In this document: piece after piece, positions 38,721 to 54,587 of the stretch
Numbering within the stretch: the stretch's first letter is position 1
Layout: every line of letters starts with the position of its first letter
Source: Ramazzottius varieornatus
Taxonomy: Eukaryota; Animalia; Tardigrada
Length of the DNA stretch: 64,000 nucleotides
Reading direction: 5' to 3'
NCBI GenBank assembly: GCA_001949185.1
Contig: BDGG01000015.1
Span: 439,036 to 503,035 of the forward strand
Program-made: the position numbers and the translations under genes
Notes under the pieces: generated by a model
Told to the model about the DNA's origin: nothing
The model's database searches: none
What the model saw: the letters and a program-made list of their open reading frames with translations, nothing else

Positions 38721-40262
38721 TCATGTAACAGAATCGGGAATATCTGCCACCACATCAGGTGTGGCTTCATTGAGCTCCGCTGCAAAATCAGGTAACACAA
38801 AGAATATGCCGTCAGCGTCCACACAATAACCGTCCTCCATGTCTATCACCACTTCCGTGTTGCCATCTTGCGATTCACCGTACGATGGTGGCGCACCAGG
38901 TGGACGGTATGGCGGTGGCGGGTCGTTGGGTTCCAGTTCCATGGCTTGGTTCACTTCGCCGATCGTCCATATGTGCGGCGCGTTCGCCACCTCCCTTCGG
39001 TGCTTTCGTTCTTTGATGAAGACGTACGCTCCAAAGCAGAGGAGGATCATGATGGTTAGGATGCTGAAGGCGATGGCAACGTACGTCAAGGCTGTCCCCA
39101 TTGGGTGATCGGGGGCTGGACCTGTCGTTACTGCTGGCCCAACGGTAGCGGTGTGTGGTCGAGGCGTCCGCTGACCACAAGGAAACCCGGGATAGCCTCT
39201 GGTTGATATGATGCTTTTTGTTGTAGTAATGCTCGACGTCGGTTCCGTAGTGCAGTAATGGTTGTTGGGGCACAATAGGCCGTTATCTGCTTGGCCATTA
39301 GAATCACAGTTGAAATCTGTCCCCCAGCTGGGATCTGGCTTGTCAGAGAATGGATGGAACGTATCGGGACAGGCTGTGAAGTCTTCGTTACAAACCAGAG
39401 ACGTGTGGACGTAAGCGTACCGTAATAGACCACTCAAAGCTGGGCAGGAACAAAAGTCTTCTGTAGGATGGAAAAAAGTCATTAACTGCCACAACAACCT
39501 TCGTCAAACACATAGATTCTTGTAGGACCAGGTAATCAGTCGATTTACCGTCTGGAGAGACTGGTGAAGTAGACGTAATGACGTAGGTGAAGTCAATTTT
39601 GACCAATGTTTCCTCGGCCTCTCCACTGCCTTTTTTCAGGATTTCTGGTTGAGGTTCGGCGCAAACGTTACTGGAGTTGCTGTATTCCAGTTCGACAGAC
39701 ACGAATGCCCTATGGTCCGTCGGCTGGTAAAACTGACCGAAACTTTCCCTCCTGGGGTAGTCTTTTTCCCGTTCTGACATACGCGTGAAATTCTTCCTCA
39801 ACCAAGATGAACTGTTGGCAGTCGCACGAGCGGTGAGGTAGAACGTCTCTGAACAATTCAACCTCAGGAACCTGCAAAGTTCCTCCAGGATTGTTCGCTT
39901 TTCCCGTGTCAAGTTTCGTGACAGAGCTTAAGGTCTTGCTCTTACTGCAAACCACCGTACCTGATGTTCAAGTACAGTTGAACTGGCTGCGTCAAGCTAC
40001 CGGGGCATTCGCTCTCGGATGGAGCAACAATATCGAAAGAGCGACCATTAGGCTCGGTGTCATTCCACACCTCGGTTTTTCTGATGAATAACTGACCACC
40101 GAATGGCCTGTCCATCTCGTCCGGACAGGGAAGAACAAGTGACGTGACGGAGTCGAAGCTGACGGAAATCGGCCCAAGTCTACCCTGAGACGGCATCGGT
40201 CGACACAACGTAAAATGCGTCCAGTAGACAAGCACCAAAGAAAAGGATTTTCTCAGCTTCAT
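38721..40262 (-). CDS. Type I membrane protein: signal, CUB-like and Cys-rich (LDLa-like) ectodomain, TM, PPPPY/PPSY tail
   Basis: ORFs 39942-40262, 39388-39912 and 38721-39497. First intron ~39960-39874 is clear (YLNIR|FLRLNC); the second donor near 39520 is unclear. Confidence 0.65.
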
Positions 40263-42010
40263 TATACCAAGGAAACGACCCCTTGGAGCTCTTTCGTTCT
40301 AATACCGCCTGCTGCGAATGTTACAACATATTCTACTCACAGAGCCAGCAACGCAGGAACGAGTTCTACCAGCTTTCTGTTCGTGTGTGTGACTTCTGTA
40401 ACGGCTGTTAGTTTGTAAATAAACTGACTGTACCGTAACTGGCTGATAATGTGCAAACCACATGGTCCTGTGCAGTTTACGTTCCATTGTTTACCGATCT
40501 TTCTGGTATGGAACTTGGTTAATGGCGTAAATTTAGGCTTGGTCCTTCCAGTACATGGTTCGAAGCAGCAATGCAGAGCCGAAAGTCGCTGCTTGGCTTG
40601 TTGACGCCGTAAATTCAGCGCTTCAGCGTTCGTTCAGGGCGCCAGCCGATATGTAACGTTGACGTTGCTCATATAACACGATGGTCACTGTTGTACTCTC
40701 AAAGTCCATGAAGATTGGACAGTGAACATGTACAGTAATCATTAAGCTAACGATAGTCCTCCTCACGACAGGCCGTAAAACTCGGTTCATTGTGTTGATC
40801 TTGAAAGTGGATTACGAAGTTTCGCTCTCAAGATAAGCAGCCCTCGAGCAGCTTATCTTGAAAGTGAAAACGGATTATTCTCTGCACACTTGACCCAGAA
40901 TTTCAAATTTTCATTTCTCAGCTGATCTCTGTCTGCACAGTGCTTCACGTTGCGAGATTCCGTTTCACGAATGGGCTTCTTGATACCTATTAGTGTTGGG
41001 GATATCGACAGACAGAGACTAGACAGAGAGAAAACCATGAATTTCAGCCTAGTCAGAAGGCAAAGTTTGCCTACAAACCTACCCCGCAAAACTCGCGCAT
41101 TTCCGCTCCCGTATCCGAGACTTTCGAAAAAGGCAATTTTGCCTCACTCACGACAAATTTCCATTGATCAAGCAAACTCAAATTTTAAATCAACCGTTTG
41201 CGACATGAACAGCTCGTCGTCAGGAGGACTAATACAATCTTAGCCTGAGAGTCTACGTTCCCTAACTCGGTACAAATTAATAGAGCAAATTTGCAGATGA
41301 CAGACCTATTTCGCAAGTCATGTTTCGGCCCTGGATTACATAAAATCACATGATTTTGTGCCGTGCAAGTTTCTGTGCAGAAACCGTTTCGCGGTTTCGA
41401 CACTTCCGGCACAGGAAATTAAGATAAACCGATATTACGCTGCGCGAGTTCAGCCGGAAACTGAGATTCGCGAGATCTGTCACTTATCCCTCAATCGGAT
41501 GAATCCACGACTTTGTCCGCGTTTTCTAGCAGTAGTTTTGGGAAAAGAAATGTCTCTTCCTCGTTTCAATGCTGGTTCAGGTCGAAAACGTGATGGATTT
41601 GCAGAAGAAACGAGAGCGGAAGATAAGTGGCGCAATGTGGGGAAGGCGCGTTACTCGGATCGCTTGGCGCGTCAGGTCCAATTCGCTGATTGGTCTAATC
41701 ACGCTCCACTCCACTGAAATTTCAGATTTCGACCAAAGTGGTCAACAGTTCAATCAACTCAGCTTGCACAGAATTTCAAATTCTGTGCAGCGATATTAGA
41801 CCGAACATAAGTCGTGAATAAAAGCACAGCATAAAACCTATACACATGCTGTGCAAGCCGAAAACATGACTTGCGAAACAGGTCTAATCTATCCCATATC
41901 ACATTGCCAAAGTGAAGCACTAAAACATGAGAAACTCTTTCACGCATCAAACCACAAGATCCAAAAGCTGCAGCGGCCAACTGGTAACATTGAGTTTGCG
42001 CTTCCGCATG

Positions 42011-43630
42011 TTAACGTCGCTGCTTGCCCCGATTGTAGGCCACCATGAGAATAATCATGGGAACCAAGACAAAGAGAATGACACCACCAGCGATGATGCC
42101 AGCCAGTACATCCCAACCCAGTATAAAATTTAGCTCCCCTTCCGGGATCTGGTTCGAGTTGCCGAACAGCACATTCTCCCCGTGATGTTCACCTGTAACA
42201 GAACGGCAGTTTCATCATGGCGCATTGCCGGAATAGGCCATCCAATAAAGTCAAATTCCGAGCGCTGAAACATTCGGAAGCTCGGTAAAAATTTTGGGCA
42301 AGATTGTTGGTCCAAGTGGCGCGCGTTCTCAGTGTTGCTGAACCAAAGTGTGCGCCACTGGCATGAACGATCTTTTCGCATTTCTTTTCCAAGCTTCGAT
42401 TTGGTGATATAGCCATGGTCTGCCAATGAACCCGTACCGCATTTCTGAGCCTCTCTTTCCCGTCCACAAGATCCATACTGGAAGCCGTTACTGCGCTCCT
42501 CGTCACACTCCTTCGGGCAAGCCAAATAGCTCGATATGTGGTCCAGACAGTAAAGTTCCCTGGGTATGTACCCGTGCAAAGCTCCACAGTACGCTACTTC
42601 GTGGTGCGTTACATCAGAGTGGTTCGAAGCGTACTCTGCGAAGAAGATAAAATTCAGCTTTTGATGTCAATCACGATAGTATATAAGGCCAATTTGCGAG
42701 AATCTCGCACAGGCTAATCTCGCATTGTCGGCAATAAACAGCGCTTATAGTTGGCATCTCCAATGCTTGCCTTGTAGGACGGTATATTCCATCTCGACAG
42801 CCGCATGGACGCCGTCGAATTTCTCAGCTAGCAGCCTGATATGGGTGGCAAGGGCCGGTCGTGAAGAGTAATCACTCAAGTACTGCAGTTCCGCACGGGG
42901 ATGCGGCATGTAACCTAGGGTGTAATTCCGAAGACGGCGCATGTCCGGTCGTTTGTCGACGTCACTGTTCAGTGGGTCCTCCATACCCACCTGGAAGACC
43001 GGTCGGTCGTTGGTCAAACGGAAAGACCTGCAAGGATTAACGTCTATCAGCTGGACGTGACGTCAATTATAGGACTTTGCGAACGTTAATTCCTTGAATG
43101 CACACCGCAGCTTGGAATTCAGGCCGAATTGAAATACAGTTGAAATACTGTAAACCATTCCGATTGTGCGTATAGCCACGCATTTGCGCACTAATTGTTG
43201 GCGGAAAGGAATATGATATAACATGTCGTGGCCTTACCGGATGTTTATATGAAAAGCGTATCTTTGTCCCGGTTCCACACAAGTCGAGTTGTCGACAATG
43301 GTGAGGACAATTTCCAAGTTGTCGTTGATGCCAGGTGTCACATTGTACCATGTTCCGGGTGGGTTCAAGGCGAAGAGTCCGTATCGAGCGTGGAGATTTG
43401 GGCAGAGTCTGATTTGAATGGGCAATACTCCCACCTGAGTTATGCTGTTGAGATACTCTGCTCAGAACCAAAAAGACTAACATTATTTCACAGGACCCGA
43501 AATGAAAGATAAATGCCTACGAGGGGATATCTTCCTTACGAGGTTGAGCCTCTGCCGATACAAACAGGCCTCCGCATGATATCACAGCCAGGACAAGTGA
43601 CAGAAAGCCATAAGTCCGCGAGTGCGCCAT
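42011..43630 (-). CDS. Type I membrane protein, paralogue of 38721-40262, short tail
   Basis: Five exons: signal MAHSRTYGFLSLVLAVISCGG; FHINIR|SFRL; EYTVLQ|(GC donor)EYAS..YCGALHGYIPRELYC..LACP; TM WDVLAGIIAGGVILFVLVPMIILMVAY. Confidence 0.75.
42301..42373. repeat. 73-bp dyad element, monomer, intronic
   Basis: Inner arms at 42316-22 and 42352-58, spacer 29. Confidence 0.9.
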
Positions 43631-44161
43631 CTGTGACGATCCGTTTATGAAAACCATTTCTCGGAGCTCTGGAGAAAGAGCGCTGCACTGGATACTGCTA
43701 GCAGCTTGTGGTGGCTTAGGCGTTCCGAAGGATGGGAAGGATTTGCAGCATGTGTCTTGAAAGAGCGCAGTAAGGCCTTATCGCCACTTTTCTACACTTA
43801 TCTCGAGCTTCCTCCTGCTTTTATGACAATTCCAACAGGGTGAATGTTACGAAATACTGATACCGTACCTTTAATGACTACGACGCGAACTCCGTACGTA
43901 TACGGAAGGTTATTTATACAGGAGACTGCATACAAAAAAGCAAAAACTAAGGAAAAAACTGAACCAGGAAGGAATACTGTGGATCTTGCAGTAAATAATA
44001 AAAACTACAATACTGCGAAATATTGATACATCGATCGATCAGCAACACGAACTTGTGTTGGATGATCATTGACCATCGTGAACTAAAAAGTTGTGCAGAC
44101 AGCGTTGATCACTAAACATTATTCGTCTATCACGCCCTTACAGAAAACATTTCGGGCGTGG

Positions 44162-46618
<2,457 letters not shown>

Positions 46619-47245
46619 CTGCAAAAGGCAAATACTCGATAATGGATAATATTTCTGTGAGCCTTGTCGACCTTATTATTACCCAATTCGCGCTCCTAGG
46701 TGTCAGTGCGTGCTCATCGATATCGCGTGGGCTGTATTGATAGGGGAGCAAGCAGAAACCAATCAGTCAGAGATGAGGAAAAAGGGGCCGCTCAGGCAAC
46801 GAGCAATTATCCAAACACTCGATAAGGCAAAGCTCGTTGTGCTAAATCTCTCCTATTCTTTCCGCCACCGCAGCACCGCAATTCAGCCTCACGCGGCGCC
46901 TGCGCTTCTGCCCAACGAACGTGCCCGCATGAATATTTTGAACCTTTCGCATTTACTCTTTGGCATGCTGCAGGTTCCCCACAGTCCAAACGAAAAATAA
47001 AGCACAGAAAAATTCACAATCAGGCGTTATTTCTGAGTTCGAGGCCCGAAAAAAAAATCCTCAGACTTTAATCTAAACTCCTCACCACTAGACACTTACG
47101 GAACTACTGTAGCAACTCGCTCATACTGTACTACTGTAACTAACGGTTATATGGGTTATCGAAAACCAGAAATTTATCAATGGAGAGTTTGCAAATGTTG
47201 TCCACGTTCGATGGCAATATGAAACGTCGGCAAATGAATTGAATA

Positions 47246-47318
47246 AGATCGTTATCTAAAGTGGCGACTTTTCCCATTCTTTTGGGGTGGTAGTGTGCGC
47301 CACTCGGGAAAACGATTC
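47246..47318. repeat. 73-bp dyad element, monomer
   Basis: Inner arms 47261/47297, spacer 29. Confidence 0.85.
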
Positions 47319-47483
47319 TGCTCAAGTCATTTGCCGACGCCCCATATACTGTAGTTACGGCTTGTATCAAACCTTCAAGGCTACATTTAGAGTTGTTATT
47401 GTGCTTGCTTTTTAGCTGAATCGAAGTGGACGACAAAAGGCTGAAGCTCAAGTTGGAAAATCTAACTACCGTTAAGATGGGAC

Positions 47484-47954
47484 TTACGCGGGAGGCTGCA
47501 TCTTTAGATCATTCCTGCCGGCGTGTACTGTCTGACCAGGAAGGGAAGGCCCATTCTCCGCCGTTACTTTTAGCCGGAATATGGGTGGTGAAGAAGCGCG
47601 ATGCTGGGATAATCGACGCTTGTCGCCACCGGAGTTATTTCCATTGGCGTTCTTGAGCGTTTCCGGAAGGGCTGGAAGGCGTGTATGGGTCGGATGGTCC
47701 AGCCGGCACAAGCGCGCCACTTGATACTCTGACAGTCCTGTCCGCCACTTTTCGTACATTTTCCGAAGGTCCCATTCCCCATGATCTGCATTCTCCGAAT
47801 AAAAGACGTTATTGTGGGCTTTGACGATAGCCGGCAAATGCTCGGTGTCAGATGAACGGTGCCCGTGAGTTCCGCGTAGAGCCAGCGGCATGTTGTGGGG
47901 ATTTCTGGGTGTGGTTGGTAGCTGCAGTGAGTTTGAACGGTCGGTGAGGATCAT
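47484..47954 (-). CDS. Uncharacterised exon/ORF, possibly an upstream exon of the CDKL gene
   Basis: 156-aa open frame ending at a GTAAGT donor-like site; no family recognised. Confidence 0.35.
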   Translation of the reverse strand: MILTDRSNSLQLPTTPRNPHNMPLALRGTHGHRSSDTEHLPAIVKAHNNVFYSENADHGEWDLRKMYEKWRTGLSEYQVARLCRLDHPTHTRLPALPETLKNANGNNSGGDKRRLSQHRASSPPIFRLKVTAENGPSLPGQTVHAGRNDLKMQPPA

Positions 47955-48750
47955 AGCGCCGCGCAGCTTTTGTAATTATGTACAGCGGGTTAGTAAACCG
48001 GGAGCATGATAACAAGGTGTCGATTTTAGGTCGGCAGGGTTGCTTTACCCTAGATTGTTGATAGGATTGACCCAAATGTGGAGAGGATGACGAGTTGAGA
48101 ACAAACTGGATCATTCAGAGTGGCACAGTCATGGCCTGACAGGTGAATGCGGCTACGAGCACAACTGGTGATCAGTCTTGTTCCCGCAAGGCGATCTAAA
48201 CACCGGTGCCAAGTATACTTCACGGCAGACGATTGACTGGACTGATGTTGTGAAGAGGCTGTGTACTATCGACTCCGTGGAATACGGGTCACGGATCGAG
48301 CAGGCGGATAGGGGGTCGCAGGTGAAACTGGAGGATGGGGAAGGGGGTGCTGCCTCGAAAAGATTATGACCTATGGCCCACGAACGTATGGTACTGGTAC
48401 AATGCAAGACGCCAACCTGGCATTTTACTCTACAGAGTTTAGCTTGCAGCGCTACGCATCTCACATCTCGATTCATTCTAGATTCTACCCAAAGGCTATT
48501 GAAAGCTTGTGACACAAGCAAAGTGGCCCCATGAGGCGATAAAAATTTAAAAATGATGCAACGTTGAGTGGATGTTTTGCAATTTCACAGCGCGCAAACA
48601 AATTTTGAGAGAGATTCAAGGTGAAAAATTCAAAGAATTCGGGGCATTAAATTTGACTAACAATCACATCGTAGCCAAAACACGTAATCGCAATATCGAG
48701 GCAGCCTAAACTTGGCACGGAAACTTTTCCAATCCGTAGCAAATGCCAGA

Positions 48751-50909
48751 TCAAGACGGCTTTGTAAATGCCAGTGTCTCGTTCTTGGGTGGCGGTAACT
48801 GCCGCTTCAAATCATCGGCCGGGAACACTGACGTTGTCTGTACTCCTTTCGCTGTTGCAAGCTCTGTTTCATTGACTGGAAAGTTAGTGGTCGCACTCGG
48901 CAACTTTATTACCCCCAATAACCGCGTTCTACCGACAACTTCCGGACTTTCTGTCTTGGAGAACCACGAGTCGAAATAAGGATTGGTAGTCGTAGCATTG
49001 GTGATCGGTAACGTGGTCGACAATTGCGTGGCATTTGCGGTGGTAGTTGTATCTGGTGTCGTGGTTAGCCCTGTAACCTGTTGCGTGGTAGGCAGGGTGG
49101 TACTTGTTGTTGTGGCTACCACCGTGGTCCCGACGGTGACGAAAGATGGCAAGGCGCCCTTGGCTTTCTGCCACTCAACTTCTGACGGTGTTTGGGGTAT
49201 CGGGGTCGAAAGCACCAGAAACTGGTCGCTTTTAGGGTAGGGCAGAATGTCGTGTTCCGGTTGGTAGACGATTTTTTCGGGGAAGGTTGGCTGCTGGACG
49301 GTGTTGACGTTGGCCTCGTCGTTGCTGACCATCTTTGTGTCTCGGTTCACCGAAGGATAGGGTGTGACAGTGGTGGCGGGTACTGTGCGAACGTCCTGGG
49401 CTGACTGTTGAGGGATGTGAAAAGATGGCGCTTCCTGCAAAGATGAAAATTTTAATTCTTAGTTCAGCTTTCAAAATTTTCGAAAATGGGAGATGGGCAA
49501 ACAAAACATCTATCAGTGTGGGAATTTTAGCGGTTTTTGTTTTCAAGTTTCGAAAAATGTAAAGCAAACAAAAAGAAGCACAGCACAAGCTAGGCTTCCT
49601 GGTTCTCTAAGCTCCTCTAAGATCTTCTGAGATCGGTAGTTCAAGTGGCGCACGCTGTAATTGTCATCAACTGGAGGCCTGCACCACTTGGGAAAGCGAT
49701 TTGGTCCTGTTTAGAAGTGGTGCAAGTTATCAGTCTTATTGGCTGAAAGTGTGCGCCACTTGAGATCGCAATACTGTACCTTTCGTTTTCCGACTCTCAA
49801 GTAGTTCTTTTAATCAGAAATCTTGGAAATAACATTTTCTTACCGTAGCGGAGACGAACGGTGGACTTTGCATCTGGTTCGCAATGACGTTCTGGTAGGC
49901 GTGAACGAGTGCCGGTCTTTCGTCCTGTACTCGCGTCTGGGTCTGAACGCTGTTGGCGTAGGACGGTACTTGTTGAGCGTAGCCGACAGAGTTGGAAGGA
50001 TAGGGACCCGACAGAGAAGGTATCGGATTGCTCGATGGTGGATACTGGACTTGTGCCGGCTGGTATCCTCCATTTTGAACAGAGGACCCGGACGTGAAGC
50101 CTCCATTCGACGCTCCGAAGCCCGTCGCTGGCTGATCATTCTGGATAATTATATAAACGAATTAGCCCCAGTCCACAACTGAAATCGAACAGAAACTAGG
50201 GAACTGTTTGTAATGAGACGAAGGATCGCTTACGTGAACGGGATAATTTTGAGGGCTTTGCTGGAGTAGTGGTTGTTGGACCGGTAAGCCTCGTTGCTGA
50301 AACTCAGTTCGTGGTTGTTGTTGTTGTTGTTGTTGTTGTTGTGGTACGTATTGCTGTTGAAAGTTTTGTTGAGGTTGTTGAGGAGCGTAAAGTTGCTGCT
50401 GGGGTTGAGGAAAGTACTGAGACTGCTGTTGAGGGAGGAGAGCCGGCTGGAAGTTTGAAGGTCCGGCGAACGAGCTGGGCAACAGTTGACCAGTGGCGCC
50501 ACCTATAGGATACCCGACAGCGTAGTTCGATAAACCAGGATTTCCGTAGAGCTGAGTGGGATACTGGACGGGACCTGCAGCCAGCGGTGAGTTGAATGCT
50601 CCGCTCTGTAGACCTGCGAGAGCAACAAGAAACTTAGAAAATTGTCCACCGGATATTATTTTCGATTGTTAAACATGAGATCTCAACAGACAGTCTCGAC
50701 CCGAAAGTGGGGCGCGACCTCAGTAATACTGGCCGAAAGCGTGCGCCACTTGGTAAGGCTCCGATGGGGTACTTACCAAGAGAACGCTCCGCGGGAAACA
50801 TTATCTGCCGTTTGAATCTGCCTCCGGGAAACGATGCAGAAACCTCCATTACAAGACAAGATGATAGGCATACCCAGGGGACCCACATATTCCGCAAGGA
50901 AAGCCCCAT
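48751..50909 (-). CDS. Secreted Gln/Pro/Thr-rich low-complexity protein
   Basis: Four exons; signal peptide, RFKR|Q, polyQ tract from (CAA)n near 50315-50345, Thr-rich mucin-like last exon. Confidence 0.75.
49630..49774. repeat. 73-bp dyad element, dimer, intronic
   Basis: Inner arms 49645/49681 and 49717/49753, spacers 29. Confidence 0.9.
50692..50764. repeat. 73-bp dyad element, monomer, intronic
   Basis: Inner arms 50707/50743, spacer 29; outer arms decayed. Confidence 0.8.
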
Positions 50910-51328
50910 TCTTCTACGCAGAAAAGTTGGTATTTTTGCTGATAGTAACGGCTAAAATTTCCGATGAGCGCAATTGAAACTTGGAAGAAGCACTTCGTAG
51001 GTTTACCTTGAGCCAAAATCCTTGACTGTATGGAAGAAAAAACCCGCAGCGAGACTAGCCATACACCGAATTAAAGGATACGGATCTTCTGAACTCTTAT
51101 TGGAGAAATCAACGAGTCAGCGCGATTTTTATTCAAGTGAACTGGGTCGGTCTACTTCAACAAGGATGTGACCAGCCCGGATGATACGGGACTAGTGACT
51201 TGGATTTGTTTTCGAATAGTATCGCACTAATTCAAGAAGGTTTCTGAACTCTGGTGAAGATTTTGACAAGATCTCGATAAGCTGCTGAAAACTCGTTTCA
51301 CTAGAAAATTACTTTGCTCTATGTAAAT

Positions 51329-52825
51329 TCACACAAAACGAAATTTAGTACGAGAGGTTTTTTGGGGTGCAGGATTGTTCTCAAGCATACGGGCATGCAT
51401 TCCAGGTATATACTGCGGACTAAGCAAGACAGGAACCTTGGTCGTTGTTGTGGTTGTCGTGGGCGGCGTCGTCAGTTGCTCCATGTTCTTCAGAGCTCTG
51501 TAGACCTCCCACTCATCTTGAATGTTTGGCTTCGACAGCGGTGCATCTGTAAAATCAACCATCTGTCCTCCCACCACCTTCAACGAAGGCCAAACACATT
51601 CCACCAAGCCCAAATCGGGAAAGTGCTTTGAAATGCCAACCTTGCATTCTGCTTTCCCTGCCGAACGAACCCGTGTCCGGCGAACCCAGCGACCTTCCTT
51701 CCCGAGGCTGGAAGGCCGCCAACACACTCTGCCACTCCTTCGGCACCTTGGAAGCTTCCTTGCCCGTCTTCACCGAACCGCGCACCCTGGGGCTTCTGGT
51801 GTTACCCGAAGAACCTGCCGCATCCATTCGTGGAACCAGGCTGGGTCTCGATGGCGCACTGGGCCCATGGAAGGGTATGTGCGCGTCGTGAGGTCGACCA
51901 GGAACTTCGTTGCTGGTCTTGAACGAGGAGTACGGGTTGATAGGCATCATCTGACCGAAGGGGGAGTTTGGTATCCCAGAAGCCATTGGGAACGGTTGGA
52001 TTACGGGAGGAACACTCATCTGGTCGTTAATGGACGTGCCGAACTGGGTAGATTGGAACGGGAGGAACGGAGAAGTTGGCTGGTTCTCCGTCGAAGGAAC
52101 CGGCATGGATGGCTTGTCAGGTACGCCGATGAGACTACTTTCTGGTTGAACATGGCTCGGAGGGTTAGGCTGTCCGATCGTGGCTTGAGGAGGTTGACTC
52201 TTTTCAAGCGGTTGATCTGCCTTCTCCTTCACGATCAGCTTGTTTTCGTCCTTATGGAAAACAAAAAAGTAGAATACGGCGAACAATTTTCATGACACAT
52301 CAGAAGCGCGGCAAACAAACTCAACAAGACTGTTCTCACCGGTGGCGCAAATGATCAGTGTTATTGGCTGAATGCGTGCGCCACTTGAAAAAATGTTGTG
52401 GTCGAGTGTGCTTGTCGAGCTCCCAGTTCGGTTGCTTTTGGTTTTGCGGTAGGTAGTTCAACACGGCGTCGTTGTGGGAAGGGAATTTCATACCTTGTTG
52501 AGCGTCTTGTCGATTTGGGCGTTGAATCTGGCCATCAGTTTCAGCTGCAGCTCATTTTCCATCTGTCCCATTATTCGACGTTGCACATCCAGCATCCTCG
52601 GACTGCTCATATATCCTAACCCGTAGTCCTCTGGAAGAAAAGTCTTGTGTCCCGAATGTGAAAAGAGTTAGTGGAGTAAACAGCCATTATGAAAAGAGTA
52701 CGTCTCATCTTACGTGGTTCAGGAAGCTGGCGTTTGCTTCGGGCCATACTTCCGGGTCCATGGCCAAGCTCTCCGTGAATAGAAGGTGACAACTGCAGAA
52801 GTAATAAAACCAGAAGCCTGTACAT
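51329..52825 (-). CDS. Secreted Pro-rich low-complexity protein
   Basis: Signal MYRLLVLLLLQLSPSIHG, RSKR|Q, helical exon 2, Pro-rich exon 3, terminal exon with poly-Thr. Confidence 0.7.
52327..52399. repeat. 73-bp dyad element, monomer, intronic
   Basis: Inner arms 52342/52378, spacer 29. Confidence 0.85.
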
Positions 52826-53290
52826 TCTAAAAACCTTCTCGAATCCACAACGGGAGTTTCAAAATGGCCTGCTAAGTACAATTCCTCCTACGCGAAAGTG
52901 GGACTAAAAGTGAAAGACCTTTGATCAGCCACTAAGCATTAGATTCTCTGTTCTTCAATTCTAGATTAGAAAGTGATGGTTCGTGATCATCATCGGAGAC
53001 AATTAGGCCTCATATGAATTGAGAGAGTCGCATTGGAAATTGGTTTGCCTGATTATAGTATGAATTGTCTCTTTTTTTCAATTCAGGCTCATTCAAATTA
53101 GAAACATCAAATGAATAAACTTTCAGGAATGAGCCTTAGAAAGACTACAAAAAGAAGTTTCAAAGAACCGAGTTTCGCAGAGTCTAACAGAGAGCTTTTA
53201 GCCACCGGGTAAGTAATCGTCTGAGTTCGAGAAAGTAAAGAAAATCAGGAGAAATCGTACTTGTAGAATATCCAACCACCGAAAAGCTGT

Positions 53291-54121
53291 TTACTCCCAG
53301 TCATTGAGAACTTTAAAGTCATTCTTCTTTGCCGGACCTAAAACCAAGCTGCCATATCCTTGGTAAGCGCTAAGTCCGGATTCTTTGTAGTTCGCCCGTT
53401 GAACAGGAAGAGGTTGGGTCTGCCGGGCAGGCTGCGCTGGCGGATCGACCTTCAACGTTTCTTTCGCTGTTTCTTTCGACGGAGAAAGAAGATTCTTGGG
53501 TTTTTGAGGACTACTGTTTCCCAAAGGTAGTTGAACGACACTAAAATCAACACATCCCGTATCGGCAATGTAGGAGGCCGGCAAACGAAACGAAAGAGTT
53601 CGTTATGTCAAGTGGTGCACAGTTTGGTTGTCATTAACCGGAAACCTGCGCCACTTTCCCAAACGATCTTGTACAGTACCTTGGTGGAGGTGGAGAAAGT
53701 CCGCTGGCTGTTCCGTTCTCTACCACAGGCAAGTTAGCTGGAGGACTTGCGTTAGCTGCCTGCAGCTTGATCATCATATCCGGTGGGAGGACAAGGCCAG
53801 GAGGAAGGACAAAGGTTGTTCCTCCAGGAATGCTCAGGCTGAACTTCCGGCTTTTGAACGAGAACTCTTGTTCGTCGTTCGTCAACTCTAGGCCGTTTCC
53901 CCCGGCACTTCCGGCCGCTGCGCGTGGTGCTATGGAGAGAAAGACGTATGTCTACTCTTACAGGTCAGAAATTACAGGAGTATGATATGCGAAGCATGCA
54001 GGGGAAGTCTTGGGAAGATAGCCAATAACTTACCGGTCGGTTGGACGTCAGCGTGGACGACGCCGCCGGCGAGGAGGCATCCAGCGAAGAACACGTTCCA
54101 GAAGCGCATCTGTCCGTCCAT
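53291..54121 (-). CDS. Secreted Pro-rich protein
   Basis: Signal MRFWNVFFAGCLLAGGVVHA; three exons joining ORFs 53972-54199, 53634-53885 and 53291-53584. Confidence 0.6.
53597..53669. repeat. 73-bp dyad element, monomer, intronic
   Basis: Inner arms 53612/53648, spacer 29. Confidence 0.88.
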
Positions 54122-54587
54122 GATCCCGGTCGACTGCGCTGCACAGAACAGCGAAAATATAGTCCAACTGAATGATTTAAAGGAAGAATGCGATCGCAAT
54201 AATCTCTCGAATTCATCGGTCGAGAAACCAAAACAAAGGATCCATTTTCCCCATAGGGGCTTCGGAGGGTACCTTCGTCAGCACGACAATCCCTGAGGGA
54301 CGTGACCCTGACGTCTCTGCCTGTTGACTTTGACCATTTTCTGATTTGCGGATCCTCATCCTCGTAGTGAAACAAGTCAGAGTTTATCGGAAACCTTCCA
54401 GATAACCTTCATGATCAGACATTCGGCAAATCAGCAAAACGTGAGAGCTCCTGACGGATTGTCACGGATATATACATAAAACCACACAGCGTTTCGCACA
54501 GGATAATGAAGTCAAAGACAGTCACACGTCAATAAAACACTTCTGTAAAAGTACGCGACACAGAGTTAAAGCAAGCTATCGTATCTT

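Noticed and set aside
41627-41633. Isolated AAGTGGCGCA half-site
   Set aside because: No partner arm at +36 bp and no outer arm, so it was not counted as a dyad unit.
51522-52295. 257-aa plus-strand ORF
   Set aside because: Antisense shadow of the Pro-rich minus-strand exon, which has a signal peptide and splice sites.
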